In this document: positions 49,514 to 61,640 of the stretch, piece by piece
How the letters are laid out: the number at the start of each line of letters is the position of its first letter
Position numbering within the stretch: the first letter of the stretch is position 1
Origin: Octopus sinensis
Lineage: Eukaryota
Direction of reading: 5' to 3'
DNA length: 64,000 nt
NCBI RefSeq assembly: GCF_006345805.1
Contig: NC_042998.1
Coordinates: 107,384,001-107,448,000 of the forward strand
Notes under the pieces: model-generated
The model's database searches: none
Told to the model about the DNA's origin: nothing
Seen by the model: only the letters and a program-made list of their open reading frames with translations
Made by a program: the position numbers and the translations under genes

Positions 49514-50630
49514 ATGTGTATGTTAGCTAAGATGGTAAATTAACTGAATAATAATTAAAAACTTCATTCTTAAAAACGGTTCTTTAGATCCACATATAAA
49601 TAACTGGGAATAATTTAGTTTCAAGCCTTGTTTAAATATGAATGAAAATCAATGCAGACAGTGAAGCGTATAATTGATATTTTGAAGGTCTCACAATAAA
49701 TGTTCTGCGCCAACACAGACACATAATAGTAAGAACTTAGTGAATAGATCAAGTATTAAAATAATAATAATAGAATCGCGTAGTGTAGTAAATTATATTG
49801 TTGTAATGTGTGAATGTTGTAATACACGATATTGTTGTGAGTGGTATTATACTAGTGACTAGTAAAGTATATTGTTGTGAGTGTATATTAAAAGAAAAAA
49901 TGAGACACTACAATGTGACAATTATACATACATACACAATTTTTATTATTTTTTAAAGCTGAAAACACTTCAGAAATAACTAAGGGTTTCGAATTTCGTG
50001 TTAAATCAATCCTAGTAATTGACTGGTACTTATTCGTTCTATGAAAAATTAAAGGTAAAGTCAACTTGGACGGGATTTCAACTCAGAACCAAAAAGACTA
50101 GTCAAAATATAAACAGTGACAAAAGAATAGAAGAGATCAATGTTAAATTTGTCAATTTGTTTGTTCTGTCTATAACATGTTTGTCTATTTACAATTGTTA
50201 TAATACACACAGATCGATGTCCAGTTAACAAATGTATATATATATATATACGGATTGATTCTATATAGAGTAAATATGTGTTTGTAAGTGTTAGGGAGTA
50301 TTTAATGTAGATGGATATGTGTATGAGGTTACACAGAATGTGTATATAATGTATATAAAAATATGCCTATGATAGAGATTGAGTGCACATAATATACAAG
50401 TATATATATGTTGGGTGGTACAAATTGAATGTAATATAATACACATAATACTCCTTCAGACAAATAAATACGCATAAAAGATACACGACTACGCCATTCA
50501 ATTAAACGAAGGAATATCTTGCTTGTTCTTCTTTATAACAGTAAAAGTTCCTGGAAAAGAAAGGAGTTTTTCTAACAGTTAAAAAAAAAAATCTGGAAAG
50601 AAAAGGGACATTTTTCGAAGTCCACCTTAC

Positions 50631-50848
50631 CTGAATCGTTCCTGGCCAGCTGTATCCCATAACTGCAACTTCACACGGATGCCGGGTCGAACTTCGATTA
50701 AGCGAGCATAAAAATCCACCCCAACGGTCGGGTCACACACCTCAGCAAATTTACCATCAGTAAAGTATTTGAGCAGTGAAGATTTACCAACTGTGCTGTC
50801 TCCAATCAGTATTAGACGAAACTGGTACTCGAATATTGGTTCCACCAT
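50631..50848 (-). CDS. RAB39: Rab39 small GTPase, coding exon 1 (218 nt)
   Basis: MVEPIFEYQFRLILIGDSTVGKSSLLKYFTDGKFAEVCDPTVGVDFYARLIEVRPGIRVKLQLWDTAGQERF followed by AG|GTAAGG. The join to exon 2 is in frame (218+427 = 645 nt, 214 aa). Confidence 0.96.
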
Positions 50849-52250
50849 TATTATAAATGCAAAGCTTTCCTTTGGCTTTCTAACTTTTCCCCCTTATTTA
50901 TATATATATATTTCTATATATATATAGTTTTTTTTTTCTCACTGAAAGCCTTACATTCCACACAGAGTTTCTTAGATTATTAAAAGAGAATTTCTCTTGT
51001 TTCTTATCCTCTCTGTATGTATTACTGTAAATATAAATATGTATAAATCCTTGACTACATAAATAACAGTAAAACTGATGATACTATAGCGAAAACTGCT
51101 AAAAGGTTCTGGAAATTCAGAAGATATCGTTACTAGCAGCAATTTACTCTTTCTCTACTAAGGTTTTATCAATACAAAATGACCAAACAAGAAGGAAACT
51201 AAAAGTCTATATCTTGTTCGTCTTCAACTAATCACTCTATCGACCGTCTTATTATTAGTAGTAGTATTGAAGTCTCGTTTATTCTGATTGTCTGATAAAC
51301 ATATTTTCGAAGAAACACTTGGTTGAAGCAATCCAAAGAACATATGGACCAACATCAGACATCAACAACCAGCATCATTTCCTCAAATTTCTTTAAACCG
51401 AAGAAACCCCGTCTCACTCTTCTTATCTGCTTTTTTTCCTATTTGTCGCTGGAATTATTAGAAGCAGAGATGGTGGTGTAGCTGTTAGTGAGACATGAGT
51501 AATAAATAGGGTGGAAGAGTTGGAGAAACAAGTGAGGGACGGAATGCTTAGTTAGATAATTAGAGGGTGAAAGCGAGAGAGAGAGAGAACAAAGGTAGAA
51601 AAGTAGAAAGTCATAAAGGAGTAGCGGTGATGACAAAGAAGATGTAGATTAGAGAGAGTGTGTGAAGGTTTGAGAGACAATTACAGGAAAGGATGTAGAT
51701 TAAATAAAGAGAGAGAGAGAGAGAGAGGAGAGCAGGGGTAGGGAAAAATGCAGTTGGAGGAGCAGCAATGGGAGAGAGTATGAGAACTAATAGAGACTAT
51801 GACAAAGAGGATGTAGCTTAGCTAAAGAGATAGATAGACGAAAGAGAAAGCAGGCGAAAGAGCTGTAATAGAAACTGAACACTGTAGAGAGAGAGAGTGA
51901 CAGATACAGGCAGACGTGAAGGAAGAAAAGGGTGATAAGGAGAAAAATAAATGTCAGTGAGTGAGTGAATCGTTTAGAGAATAACGGAGAGTCGGTAAAA
52001 CTGCAGTCTTCAATAATTACTGAGTGTCTGTGATACCTTCACCTATTTTCTGTGTAGTACAGCTTCTATCTCTCTCTCTCGACACACACACGCACACGTG
52101 CATATATAAAGAAAAGGGCTCGTTTTAAAATTTGTATGGGAGTCAGAATAGTTACATACGGTTAATCTCGAGCGTCAGCTTATTCACCTGTAGTAATAAA
52201 CTGCCAGGAATCATTCATACACATAACATGTTATAAAGGTTTTCATAAAC
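50849..52250 (-). promoter_or_regulatory. Rab39 5' UTR / promoter region
   Basis: Unique sequence upstream of the ATG at 50848 with visibly more CpG than the gene body, and a long GA-rich block at about 51560-51960. TSS not locatable. Confidence 0.5.
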
Positions 52251-52379
52251 ATCTGAGAATACACATAAATTTATATACAAACGTGGGGTAGGACAATGAC
52301 TTTATACTGTATATTAATGCATTACTAAACAAATATGTTGATGGACTCTTTCATCGCTTCTACGAATGAGGGTTTAGCA

Positions 52380-52860
52380 AGACACTTGAATTATCTTCTT
52401 TTTGCCCTATGACCACCTGTGTGTCAAAGCTGAAGACTTCCAGTTGCATTATCTACCTGTCGCCATCGCCTTTTTCCCTACTGCCACTGGACTTACGAAG
52501 AAAGTATGATTATGTTGGTATTGGTGCTGGTGTCTTGGTTCGCTGAACAATCTGCACAATGAATATTATTATAATGGGCATGGTCTGCACAGAGCCAGTC
52601 CCACTCTCCCGTCCTTTAAACTTGTAATTGTCTGACGCAACAGATGTCACGAGTCCGGTAGTTATCTGAATACAGGATCTGTATGGAGTTAAAGAGCTGA
52701 AGGGCTTCATCTACTCTGGGTCTATGGGGATGTCTGTGAGTGACCTTCATCTGGAGGCAATTCCATGTTAATTAATCCATAGCCAAGACTCTGAAAAGTG
52801 TAACTACTCCAGTCCAGAACAATGGAGGCTAAGAGGTGGTTCCATACTCCTCAAAACTAT
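52380..52860 (+). mobile_element. Possible very decayed RTE-like LINE 3' remnant
   Basis: Higher GC block with weak GHxxR-type C-terminal similarity (NGHGLHR). Confidence 0.3.
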
Positions 52861-53205
52861 GGAACTCCTGAGTTAGGGGTCCACTGTTGGATACCCAGTA
52901 CAATATACAAAATATCTTGCTTATACATTAAGCTGATGAATACTATAGATGTGTAGTGAGGTTTGTGTGCTTGTATCGTGTTGGGGTCACCAATTCTAGC
53001 AGAGTTATGACAAAGACTTGTTATCAGTTTATATACATAATTTATTGCTATGTTATTACAAAGCTTCATGCAACACAGTCAAACTTATATAAACATCATG
53101 TTTTAGAAGTGCCAGAAATCTTCAACAGAAAATTGATAATTAGGATGATTTTTCACATTGCTGCACATATGTATGGCTGTGTTGATTCTTCACATACAAA
53201 TATAT

Positions 53206-53570
53206 GTGCTGGTACCATGTAAAAAGCATGTTCCAGCACCACATCAGAAGCATCAAGGCTGGCATCACATAACAAGCACCCAAGCCAGTGTCACATATGA
53301 AGTACCTATGCTGTTGCCATGTAAAAACTACCTGTGCTGGAACCATGTAAAAATGCACCCATGCTGGTGCCATGTAAAAGCACCTGTGCTGGTGTCATAT
53401 AAAATGTACCCAGTACACTCTGTAAAGTGGTTGGCATTAGGAAGAGCATCCAGCCATAGAAACCATGCCAAAATAGATGACTGGAATTGGTGCAGCCCTC
53501 CAGCTTGCCAGCTCTGTTAAACCATCCATCCCATGCCACTATGGAAAATGGATGTTAAATGATGATGAGG
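53206..53570 (+). mobile_element. RTE 3' UTR with about 8 tandem stem-loop units of about 26 bp
   Basis: Degenerate units of GCTGGTGCCATGTAAAAGCACC from 53206 to 53412, then the standard tail ending GATGTTAAATGATGATGAG. Confidence 0.85.
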
Positions 53571-53801
53571 AAGTGATGGCAGGACACCTGCTGTGTGAAC
53601 AATACCTCTTGAGTCAAAAAGACATATCTAGAACTGTCTTCTTGATGCAAGACAATCAAAATGTCTGATTCTAAATGCCATACAAAATAAATCAAGAATT
53701 TATTTTGTATGGCATTTTAAATAATTTTATTTGTTTCTGTTGTCCATATTCATGCCCCTGATCACTCTGAGTTATTTCTCTATCTCAATATTCATTATAT
53801 G

Positions 53802-54930
53802 TACAAGGGGGTAACCAAAAGAAACCAGAATTTTGCAATATTATTTCATTCACTTAGTTTTACATGTTTACACTTTTATCACTTTCAAAGTATTCTCCAT
53901 TTGAAGCAATGCATTAGTCCAGGTGCATTTTCCACTTTTGAAGCAGTACTGGAACTCTTGTGAAGTGATGCCTTTTAATGCCACCATTATTTTTTTTACC
54001 CCTTCCACACCTGCAAATTCTGTGACACCAACTTTCATCACGAAAAAGGTCTGGATCAACTTCCAACTGTTCTTTCAGTTCATGTCATGCATTCAGTCAT
54101 GACTGCTTTTGATCTGTGAGCAAGTCATCATCATCATCATCATCACCATTTAACATCTGCTTTCCATGCTGGCATGGGTTGGACGGTTTGACTGCAAACT
54201 GACGAGCCAGATGACTGCATTAGGCTTCAATCTGATCTAGCAGAGTTTCTACAGCTGGATGCCCTTCCTAATGCCAACCACTCCAAAAGTGTAGTGGGTG
54301 CTTTTTATGTGCCACCGGAACGAGGGCCAGTTAAGCAAGACTGGCGACAGCCATTCCCAAATGGTGTTTTTTATGTGCCACCTGCTTGGGAACCAGTCCA
54401 GTGACATTGGCAACAACCTCGTTTGAATGTTGTTTTCCATGGAGGCATAAATTTCGTTTATGCCTCCTTTTATGCAACTCTTTTCATTTGAAATTCCTTG
54501 CTCAAAATTCGTTGGCAGGAGCTCCAGGACACACCAGTCATATCAACAAGCTCATCAATTGTTTGGTGAGAGTCCTCCAAGATCAGTTCAGGAATTTTCA
54601 TGTTTTCATTCATTTGGGAGGTTAATGGTCGCCCTGAACAAGGTTGATACTCAAGCAACAAGTGACCATTCCTAAACCACTCATAAACTTGTGTTTTGCT
54701 CATGGCAGCAGCCTTGTAAACTGTTTGAAGTATGATAACTGTTTTGGCTGCCGTTTTCCCCAGCAGAAAACAGAATTTCACAGAAACACACTGTTCCTTT
54801 CGTTTCAGCCATCACAAAAATCAACAAACAGGTGAGGAAGCACTGCAAAGATGCACCATGTGATGGGATCATTTCAACTGATGACATCGAGTGGCAGACT
54901 GATGCCTAAGGGTTGTATCAAGTGACTTCT
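53802..54930 (-). pseudogene. Internally deleted mariner (third lineage) with an RTE tail inserted at about 54125-54440
   Basis: N-terminal HTH (ORF 54470-54781: MKFCFLLGKTAAKT...SGRPLTS...KRVA), then KFMP, insert, LLTDQK...DPDLFRDESWCH, a deletion of the core, and C-terminus KCIASNGEYF. Terminus TACAAGGGGGTAACC at 53802. Confidence 0.85.
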
Positions 54931-55193
54931 AGTGATGGAAGGTTTCATGACAAGATAAGATGCTGCAAAATTATATAAAATTGTGGTAGTGGGTTATGAA
55001 TCTATATATAATTGAAGACATTGCCATGTGTTCTTAGGCTACAATCATAGCAAAGAGTTAGAAATTTACATTGCAATCTTACAGCTCCGTGTTTGATCAC
55101 ACTTTGTAGAAAATGTCTTCTGCCATAGACTGGAGTTGAGATAAATTTTGAAGGTAAACCTTGGTGGAAACTGTCTGTGAGTGGTAAACTTAA

Positions 55194-55421
55194 CCCTTTT
55201 GTCATCATATTTCAGTTGAAATACTGGTTTTGTTTCAATTAATATTGAAAATAAAGAAGAATTTAGTAAATTAACTTTGGCATTATTAAGATGGTGTTTA
55301 GAACTTATGATAAAATTGAAATTTTGATGAAAGGTTTTAATTTATTAATTTAAATCACTTTAAACATAAAATTTGTTTCATTAAACTGAGGACAGTCTTG
55401 GGTAGGTTGGTATCAAAAAGG
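55194..55421. mobile_element. piggyBac-type MITE, 228 bp
   Basis: TTAA (55190-55193) CCCTTTTGTCATCA ... TGGTATCAAAAAGG TTAA (55422-55425). Confidence 0.85.
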
Positions 55422-56214
55422 TTAATCCACCAACTAGTTTGACCGAACCATCACCATTAGAAACCTGTCAGCAGAGGATACCTGTGGAAGAAGACAAGGC
55501 CAGATTTAAGGATACTGAGTCTTATGGATGAGATGTAAAGGGATTACAAGTGAGAATGTACAGTATGGTAGACTTATTATTCATGGATGTTAATTTTTAA
55601 AAGCAAGTTTGCAATTGACAAAACTGGTGTTTGCTTTGAAATGTTAAATAGATAAGATACAAATTACCCTAGAAGATTCCTGTGTAGCTCAGATAATTTT
55701 CCTAAATAGTACTGATAATTCAATAATGCATGACAATATAGAATAAAGTGTTCACTCCAGAGTCAGTAAAACATATGTTATAGTTTTGAATCCAAAACTA
55801 CGTAAACTCAATAATTTTGTCTTTACATTATTATTGTAGTACGTCACTAATGTCCTTGGCTTGACCTCACACAATTCTGTTTGGTCTTTCTCTTTTACCT
55901 ATTATTGTGATTTAAATTATATACCTGCTATTTCATGATCTTTGCTTTTTGACATAACTTAAAATTCAAGTAATGACAAATATAAGTTACACAAAATCAC
56001 TTCTGAGTTTTGTTTGTATCAAATTTCCGTTACTTGATATTTTCACTAATCAACTCTTACTAATTTGACACAATATCTTTTTGTGATTAGATGTGATATT
56101 TGACTGAAATATTTCAGAGATTAATGCTATTCTATATTACTGAGATGAGGAATTTATATTATATATACACTCAAGAAGACCGGTCCACCACCGCAGAATT
56201 GATACTATTGCTGT

Positions 56215-56420
56215 GAAAAGCACTCATGCTGGTGCCATGTTAAAAGCACCTAGTACACTCTATGGAGTAGTTGACATTAAGAAGGGCACCCAGCTGTAAA
56301 AACCTGTGTCAAAACAGACAATGGAGCTTGGTGAGGCCCCTGGCCTTACCATCTCTGGTCAAACTGTCCAACCCATGTTAGCATGGAAAACAGATGCTAA
56401 ATGATGATGATGATGATGAT
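56215..56420 (+). mobile_element. RTE 3'-tail fragment
   Basis: GCTGGTGCCATGTTAAAAGCACC...CCAACCCATGTTAGCATGGAAAACAGATGCTAAATGATGATGATG. Confidence 0.8.
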
Positions 56421-56429
56421 TTATATTAG

Positions 56430-57760
56430 TCGGACTGGTGTCCTCATCTTGATTGTTACTTTCACAATGTTTCAGTTGTTGTATGCTTCAGCCGTCTTCA
56501 GGCGTCTTGTGTTGAATTTGGAGCCTATTCCTCAAAGCCGAAGGATCAGAAGGATATAAATGCATTAAATGTTTGAGCTAAAGAGATATGATGTTTGTTC
56601 ATTCTATTTTGAATGAAACCATCTTCTGAGCTTCATGATTTAGGTGACTCTTCTTAAGACCACCAATGAGTGGCATTCTTTATTGTTATGTTGAGGCAAG
56701 TTCTAGGCCACCCATGGATGAAGTTTTAATTGCATACTTCTAGTTTTTAAACTGGAACACATCACTAAAGGTTTTGAAAATAATCACAATGTAAGAAGAA
56801 ATTACATGAGAATAAGTGATTACTATGTACTTGTGTGTGAGGTTATTTACACTGAACCGCAAAAGAAACACAAGATGTGTGCAACTGTGAAATATGTTTT
56901 AATTTTATTATGTCAGTGATAAATTTTGATACATCTGATAAAGTCAATTTCTTGGATGCACTTTGACCACAGTCTATGGGGCGTTGTCATGTGTTCTAGT
57001 AGTGGGTGGATCCAGCACATCAAGATTGTCAGGTGTGACATGTTCAATACTGTGTATACCCTGCCTGGGTGTTCAAAATGGCTATACACCATCGGTACAT
57101 GGAGTGCATGAGGTGGTTCACAAAAGCCATTAGCACCTGTGCCCACACTCTGAGGAAAGCTGCCTCCAGGATTGGCTCTATGCATGATGATGCTTCTGGG
57201 ACCATGAATTTGGAATGACCCCAGCCCCATTAAACAAGAGCATGAAGCCAAGCCAAGCCAAGCTAAGCCAAGAAAGAGATGAATCAACTGGATTATACCA
57301 ATCCTTTTCTTAATCCTTCCTAGTCAAAGGGACTAGCAAGACAACAGGGATTTGAATTCAGATAGGTCATCCCTGATCTTCTCTTGGATAGATGTTCTGA
57401 TAAGAGCCAGCAGTCCATCACTCCTCAAATGGTCTTAAAAGTATGCTCATTCACTACTTTGAATATTTCTATATCATTATGCACTTTTGCAGACAGTAAT
57501 TGACTCTACATTGGGTTTACTTGTCCTTTTGATAGGGTGTGCTTTGTTCACTTGAGTCTCTAATAACACCAGGTTAGCCTGGTAGGAGTGCTGGTTTAGT
57601 CACTGATGATCTGGTCATGTAACGAAATATGCTGGACTACTTGTTACCTGCAGTATTCAAAGCGATCTGACATAACTAATTTTCCCATTATTATTTGGAA
57701 TATAACTTATAACTTATGGGCAAAATTATAGTTGGACTGCTACCATCGACTCTTAGTTAT
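56430..57760 (-). mobile_element. Decayed Penelope-like retroelement
   Basis: Minus-strand 3' end CCTGAAGACGGCTGAAGC...CTGAAACATTG is typical of Penelope-like termini. Weak RT/thumb similarity (HFEHP; FQIHG). Many stops. Confidence 0.5.
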
Positions 57761-58074
57761 TGATGCGATAATGAGATTTCAATTGAGATTTAATTTCAAT
57801 ATAGATATTGGTGTTGGATAAGTTTACACAAGACCAAGTGTTGTTTTAGATTGGTAATAAAACCAAAGAATGGCTAGGGTTGATAGATAACATGAAACTA
57901 ATGGCACCATGAGACCAAGGGTGGTCTAGAGTACATTTGTACATTTGTAACACAAGACCAAGGGTAGTTTTTAGTGATTTGGTAACATGAGTCAAAAGGT
58001 GACCTTCAATGAGTTGATAAAAAGAAACAAAGAGTGATCTAATCTAGGTTGGTATTGGAGAGAGTGATTACACA

Positions 58075-58250
58075 GATCGTTGTCGTCGTTGTCGTTGTCG
58101 TCGTCATCATCATCATCATCATCATTTAGCATTTGTTTTCCATGCTGGCATGGGTTAGATGGTTTGATTGGAATTGGTAAGCTGGAGAGTTGTACCAGGC
58201 TCCAGGCTGATTTGGGCTTCATTTCTATGGCTAGATGCCTTTCTTAACAC
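58075..58250 (-). mobile_element. RTE 3'-tail fragment with a (GTC/GTT/CAT)n tail
   Basis: CATCATCATTTAGCATTTGTTTTCCATGCTGGCATGGGTTAGATGGTTTGA. Confidence 0.8.
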
Positions 58251-60989
58251 CAGTAATTAATCAGATATAAACAAAGAAAAAAATGTCTTTATAATATTTT
58301 GGAGTAAGAGTACTTGTAACATTTAACTTTTAAAATTTCATGATTTAATATAAGACGCAGGAGACATTTCTTACATAAACACTGAAACCAAATACTTTAA
58401 ATGGTCTGTGTTTTGGCTACCATAAACATAAAACATACACTTTGCATTTTTTTTTTACTTTGCTGTAGTTATAAAAATTAAGGTCATTCTGGAGGTACAC
58501 TTACAACGCTAATTGTTCTACATTTTATATGCTTTCTTCTGTATACTGTGGGTACAATTTTGTTATGTTAAGTATCAGTAATTGTTAAACCAGCACTTTG
58601 AAAGATGCACTACCTTGGTTCTAGATAGTTGGCCCAGGTTCCATGAAAAACATTGTTTTATAATCTGAATTTCTGACATAATTCTGTGCTAAATTTCTAT
58701 ATTACTAGTGTCTTTTGAATAGATACAAATGGTCCTATATACCAGAGCATAAGATTGGATGTATGTGGTGTGTATATCTTTTTAGGAGTTGAAATCTCAA
58801 CAAACAGAATATGTTTAGAGCTTATCTCTTATGTCATTCTTGGGAACCTATGAGCTGTAGTTTCACTGATATGGTAGCAATTGTTGCAACCTGGTATGGC
58901 TGTCTATATTTGTCTGAATTGGTTATTATGATATTGATGATAAAAGGTTTTAGTGCTTGTTTTTCTCAGTTGGAAAGATATACAATATGGCAAATCACTA
59001 CTTATCTTAAACCTGTGTTATATTCTGTGGGAGAAGCAACATTTTGTGATCTAAGCTCATTACTTCCTCATTAAATGATACCAACATCTTCTTGTCTGAG
59101 GGATCACAACTGAGCATTTGTATGGTGGACATTTAGTTGAAGAGTTAATTGTTATTGTAGTCAAGACACTTAACTGTTCATGTGTATCATAGATAAATAA
59201 AGTCAACAGCTGCAAGTAGCAGTTTTAGTCTGTAGATGATGAATGAGTGTTTCTTTAAGTTGCAGTGCTGAATTTAAATTCTGCTATGGATTCTGTCAGA
59301 CTGGTTCTCCCACAAAACTGACTTCAGATGAAGTTGACAAACAATCTCATTCATGAATTATGAGATGCACCAATAATGCATCTTGTGTAGCTTTTGGGTT
59401 TCATTAGGGACGGGGAGAAAGAGAGAGAGAGAGATTTTGTATTTGGAAGATGTGTTATTACCTAAAAGCTGATACCTAAAAGCCATAATATATTAATAAT
59501 GGTAACCCACATATTTATCCAAATACCATGTGATCAAAATTAATACAAACTTATTGAAGTGCAATCTGTAGATTAAATTACTCTAACTCAAGTAAAAATG
59601 TGTTTAAATATTGATTCAACTATTTTCTGTGAATATTTACTCTATCCTTTATCTTTAACTGCTATATTTTATATATCAGCTGATTCTAAGAAAGCTGAGA
59701 AAAACAAAACAATTCCTTTTTGGCAGATTGGTATAGATAAGTATTATTCACATTACTAAAAAGAAATTACTTTTAATATGGTCACTAACCTTTTACAAGT
59801 AGTAGCTAAATCTCTTTCAAATCACACTATACTGACTTAAAAAGAGAATGATATATTAACTAATGTAAGCCTAAATAAACTATCTGAATATAAGAGTAAA
59901 TTGTCATGGCTGAAGCACTTTACATCATAAGTTTTCTGGATGATGGACTAACTAATGCATCAAGAAGGAAGAATATGAGGTAAAAAAAAATCCAAACAAT
60001 TTCATAAAATAGCAACAAAATATTTCCCCTAAAACAGAGAGCTGGAATATTTGTTGAGCCACTATAAGTATATTTGTGAAAAAACAAATTTTTGAATGGC
60101 AGTTTAGAAAAAGAGCTAAGAGAAAAAAATATTTCAAAACAAGCTATATTAAGTATATGATCAAATTGCTTTACAAAAGTGTTTTTTCCATGATTCAAAC
60201 TTCCATATTACAAAACAAGAAATTAAACTGATCAAGATTCCAAAGATATAATTATATCAAAGTCTTTATATTACAGCTATAGAGGGTGGCAAAGAGAAGA
60301 TAGGTGCAAGGCGTTACATAAAATAAGTTTAAAAAATTTGACTTGTACAAGATTACAATGGACTGAAAGTCTGCCAAGTGTGGCTCCAATCTGTCAATAA
60401 ACACCTCCTTTTTCTGTAAGATTTCGTAAAAAACAGCCAAGAATAAAAACATTAGGCTGCCAAAATTTATTTAATTCTATCAGAATTGCTTTAAACTAAT
60501 TTTCTCATTTGGTCTCATTTTACATAAAGCAATGGGTAATCAGTGTGTGTAGTAATTTTAATGACCAGTGTATATCAAGTATAATCAACATATATTGTGT
60601 GTACAGTGTGTGATCAGTCTATCTGTGAATATAAACAATACTTACTTTGTGTAGACCAGCGGATCACCAGTACATCTGTGTGTAACAATTGCTGATCAGT
60701 GTCCCTGCCCTTGCCAGGGTGGGGGCATCAAAGTTCAGTTTAAACTTCCAACAGTAAAATGAATGGTTTAGGTAAAGTGCTTAGTACATAGTGAAAAGAT
60801 GGGTGCAACAGGTGGGCCAAGGAGAAGGTGGTACATAGCTTGCTTAGCTGCAGAAGAGACAGAAAAAAATAGACAGTAGGGCTATGATTGTCATCATCAT
60901 TCTTAGATGAGGATGAACAACTGATCCAAACCAGTTGGGATCAGTATGGCTTGTACTATTCATCCTTTTGATTGCTAAACACAAAATGT

Positions 60990-61205
60990 GGCTTGAGACT
61001 TCCATTTTGGTAATTTTCCCAAGTCACCATCTCACCCTTGTATGCCAATCTATTACAAGGTTACCTATTTACAGCTGAGTAGACTGAAGCAATGTGAAAT
61101 GAAATGTTTAGCTCAAGAACACTAATCCCAGCCAAGTCTGGGAATCAAAATCATGATCTTGTGATTGTGAATGTTACACCCTAACTACTTGGTCATGCAC
61201 CTTCA
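60990..61205 (-). mobile_element. tRNA-derived SINE, 42896/44015 family
   Basis: CAGCTGAGTAGACTGAAGCAATGTGAAATGAA...CATGCACCTTCAC matches 44205-44331. Confidence 0.7.
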
Positions 61206-61329
61206 CACTTTATGCTCTTAGACATTTGTACATTAAGGCACATGCTTTATATGCACTTTTGACAAGCTATGGTGCACCTGAGCACTATATACAATAATTT
61301 CATTATTATTATATTATATTATTTATTGC

Positions 61330-61640
61330 TTGGCTGTTGGTTCTCTTGAACTCTCCCACCCTTTGATGGGCTTTGTTTTATATCCTGTATGTCCAATAAA
61401 TCACCCTCCCCACCAAGCAAGCTTGGTGGGGTTACTGGTTTAGTTTCCAATGATCCCTCAGGTTGTACTGGGTTACATATTACCAGTAGCACTATGGTTG
61501 TAGCTGATGACTAGGTCTTTGTTAATCAGCTGTATGACTTCTTTGTTATGAACTTTGTTGAAACCAAATGTGCCTGGTTGTGTTTTATAGAGGTTTAACA
61601 ACTGTTTAGGGCTTAAATATTTTTTAACAGTCAAGATCAG
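61330..61640 (-). mobile_element. Possible Penelope-like GIY-YIG endonuclease remnant
   Basis: Minus frame CLVGG*FIGHTGYK resembles the CxxxYIG(E/Q)TxR motif. Confidence 0.35.

Larger units (their letters stand above)
17426..50630 (-). other. RAB39: Rab39 intron, 33,205 bp, phase 2, GT-AG
   Basis: Canonical donor at 50630 and acceptor at 17426 split the Arg codon of QERFR|SIT. No intervening coding exon is needed for a full-length Rab. Confidence 0.92.

Noticed and set aside
49300-49543. YI/TH-repeat ORFs
   Set aside because: Translation artefacts of the (AT)n/(GT)n microsatellite.
53206-53412. Regularly spaced palindromic repeats resembling a CRISPR array
   Set aside because: No unique spacers, degenerate abutting units, no cas genes, eukaryotic context, and contiguous with an RTE tail.
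60640-60800. Minus-strand donor GTAAGTA at about 60645 with a GC-richer upstream block
   Set aside because: All three frames hit stops within about 85 nt and no convincing acceptor was found.
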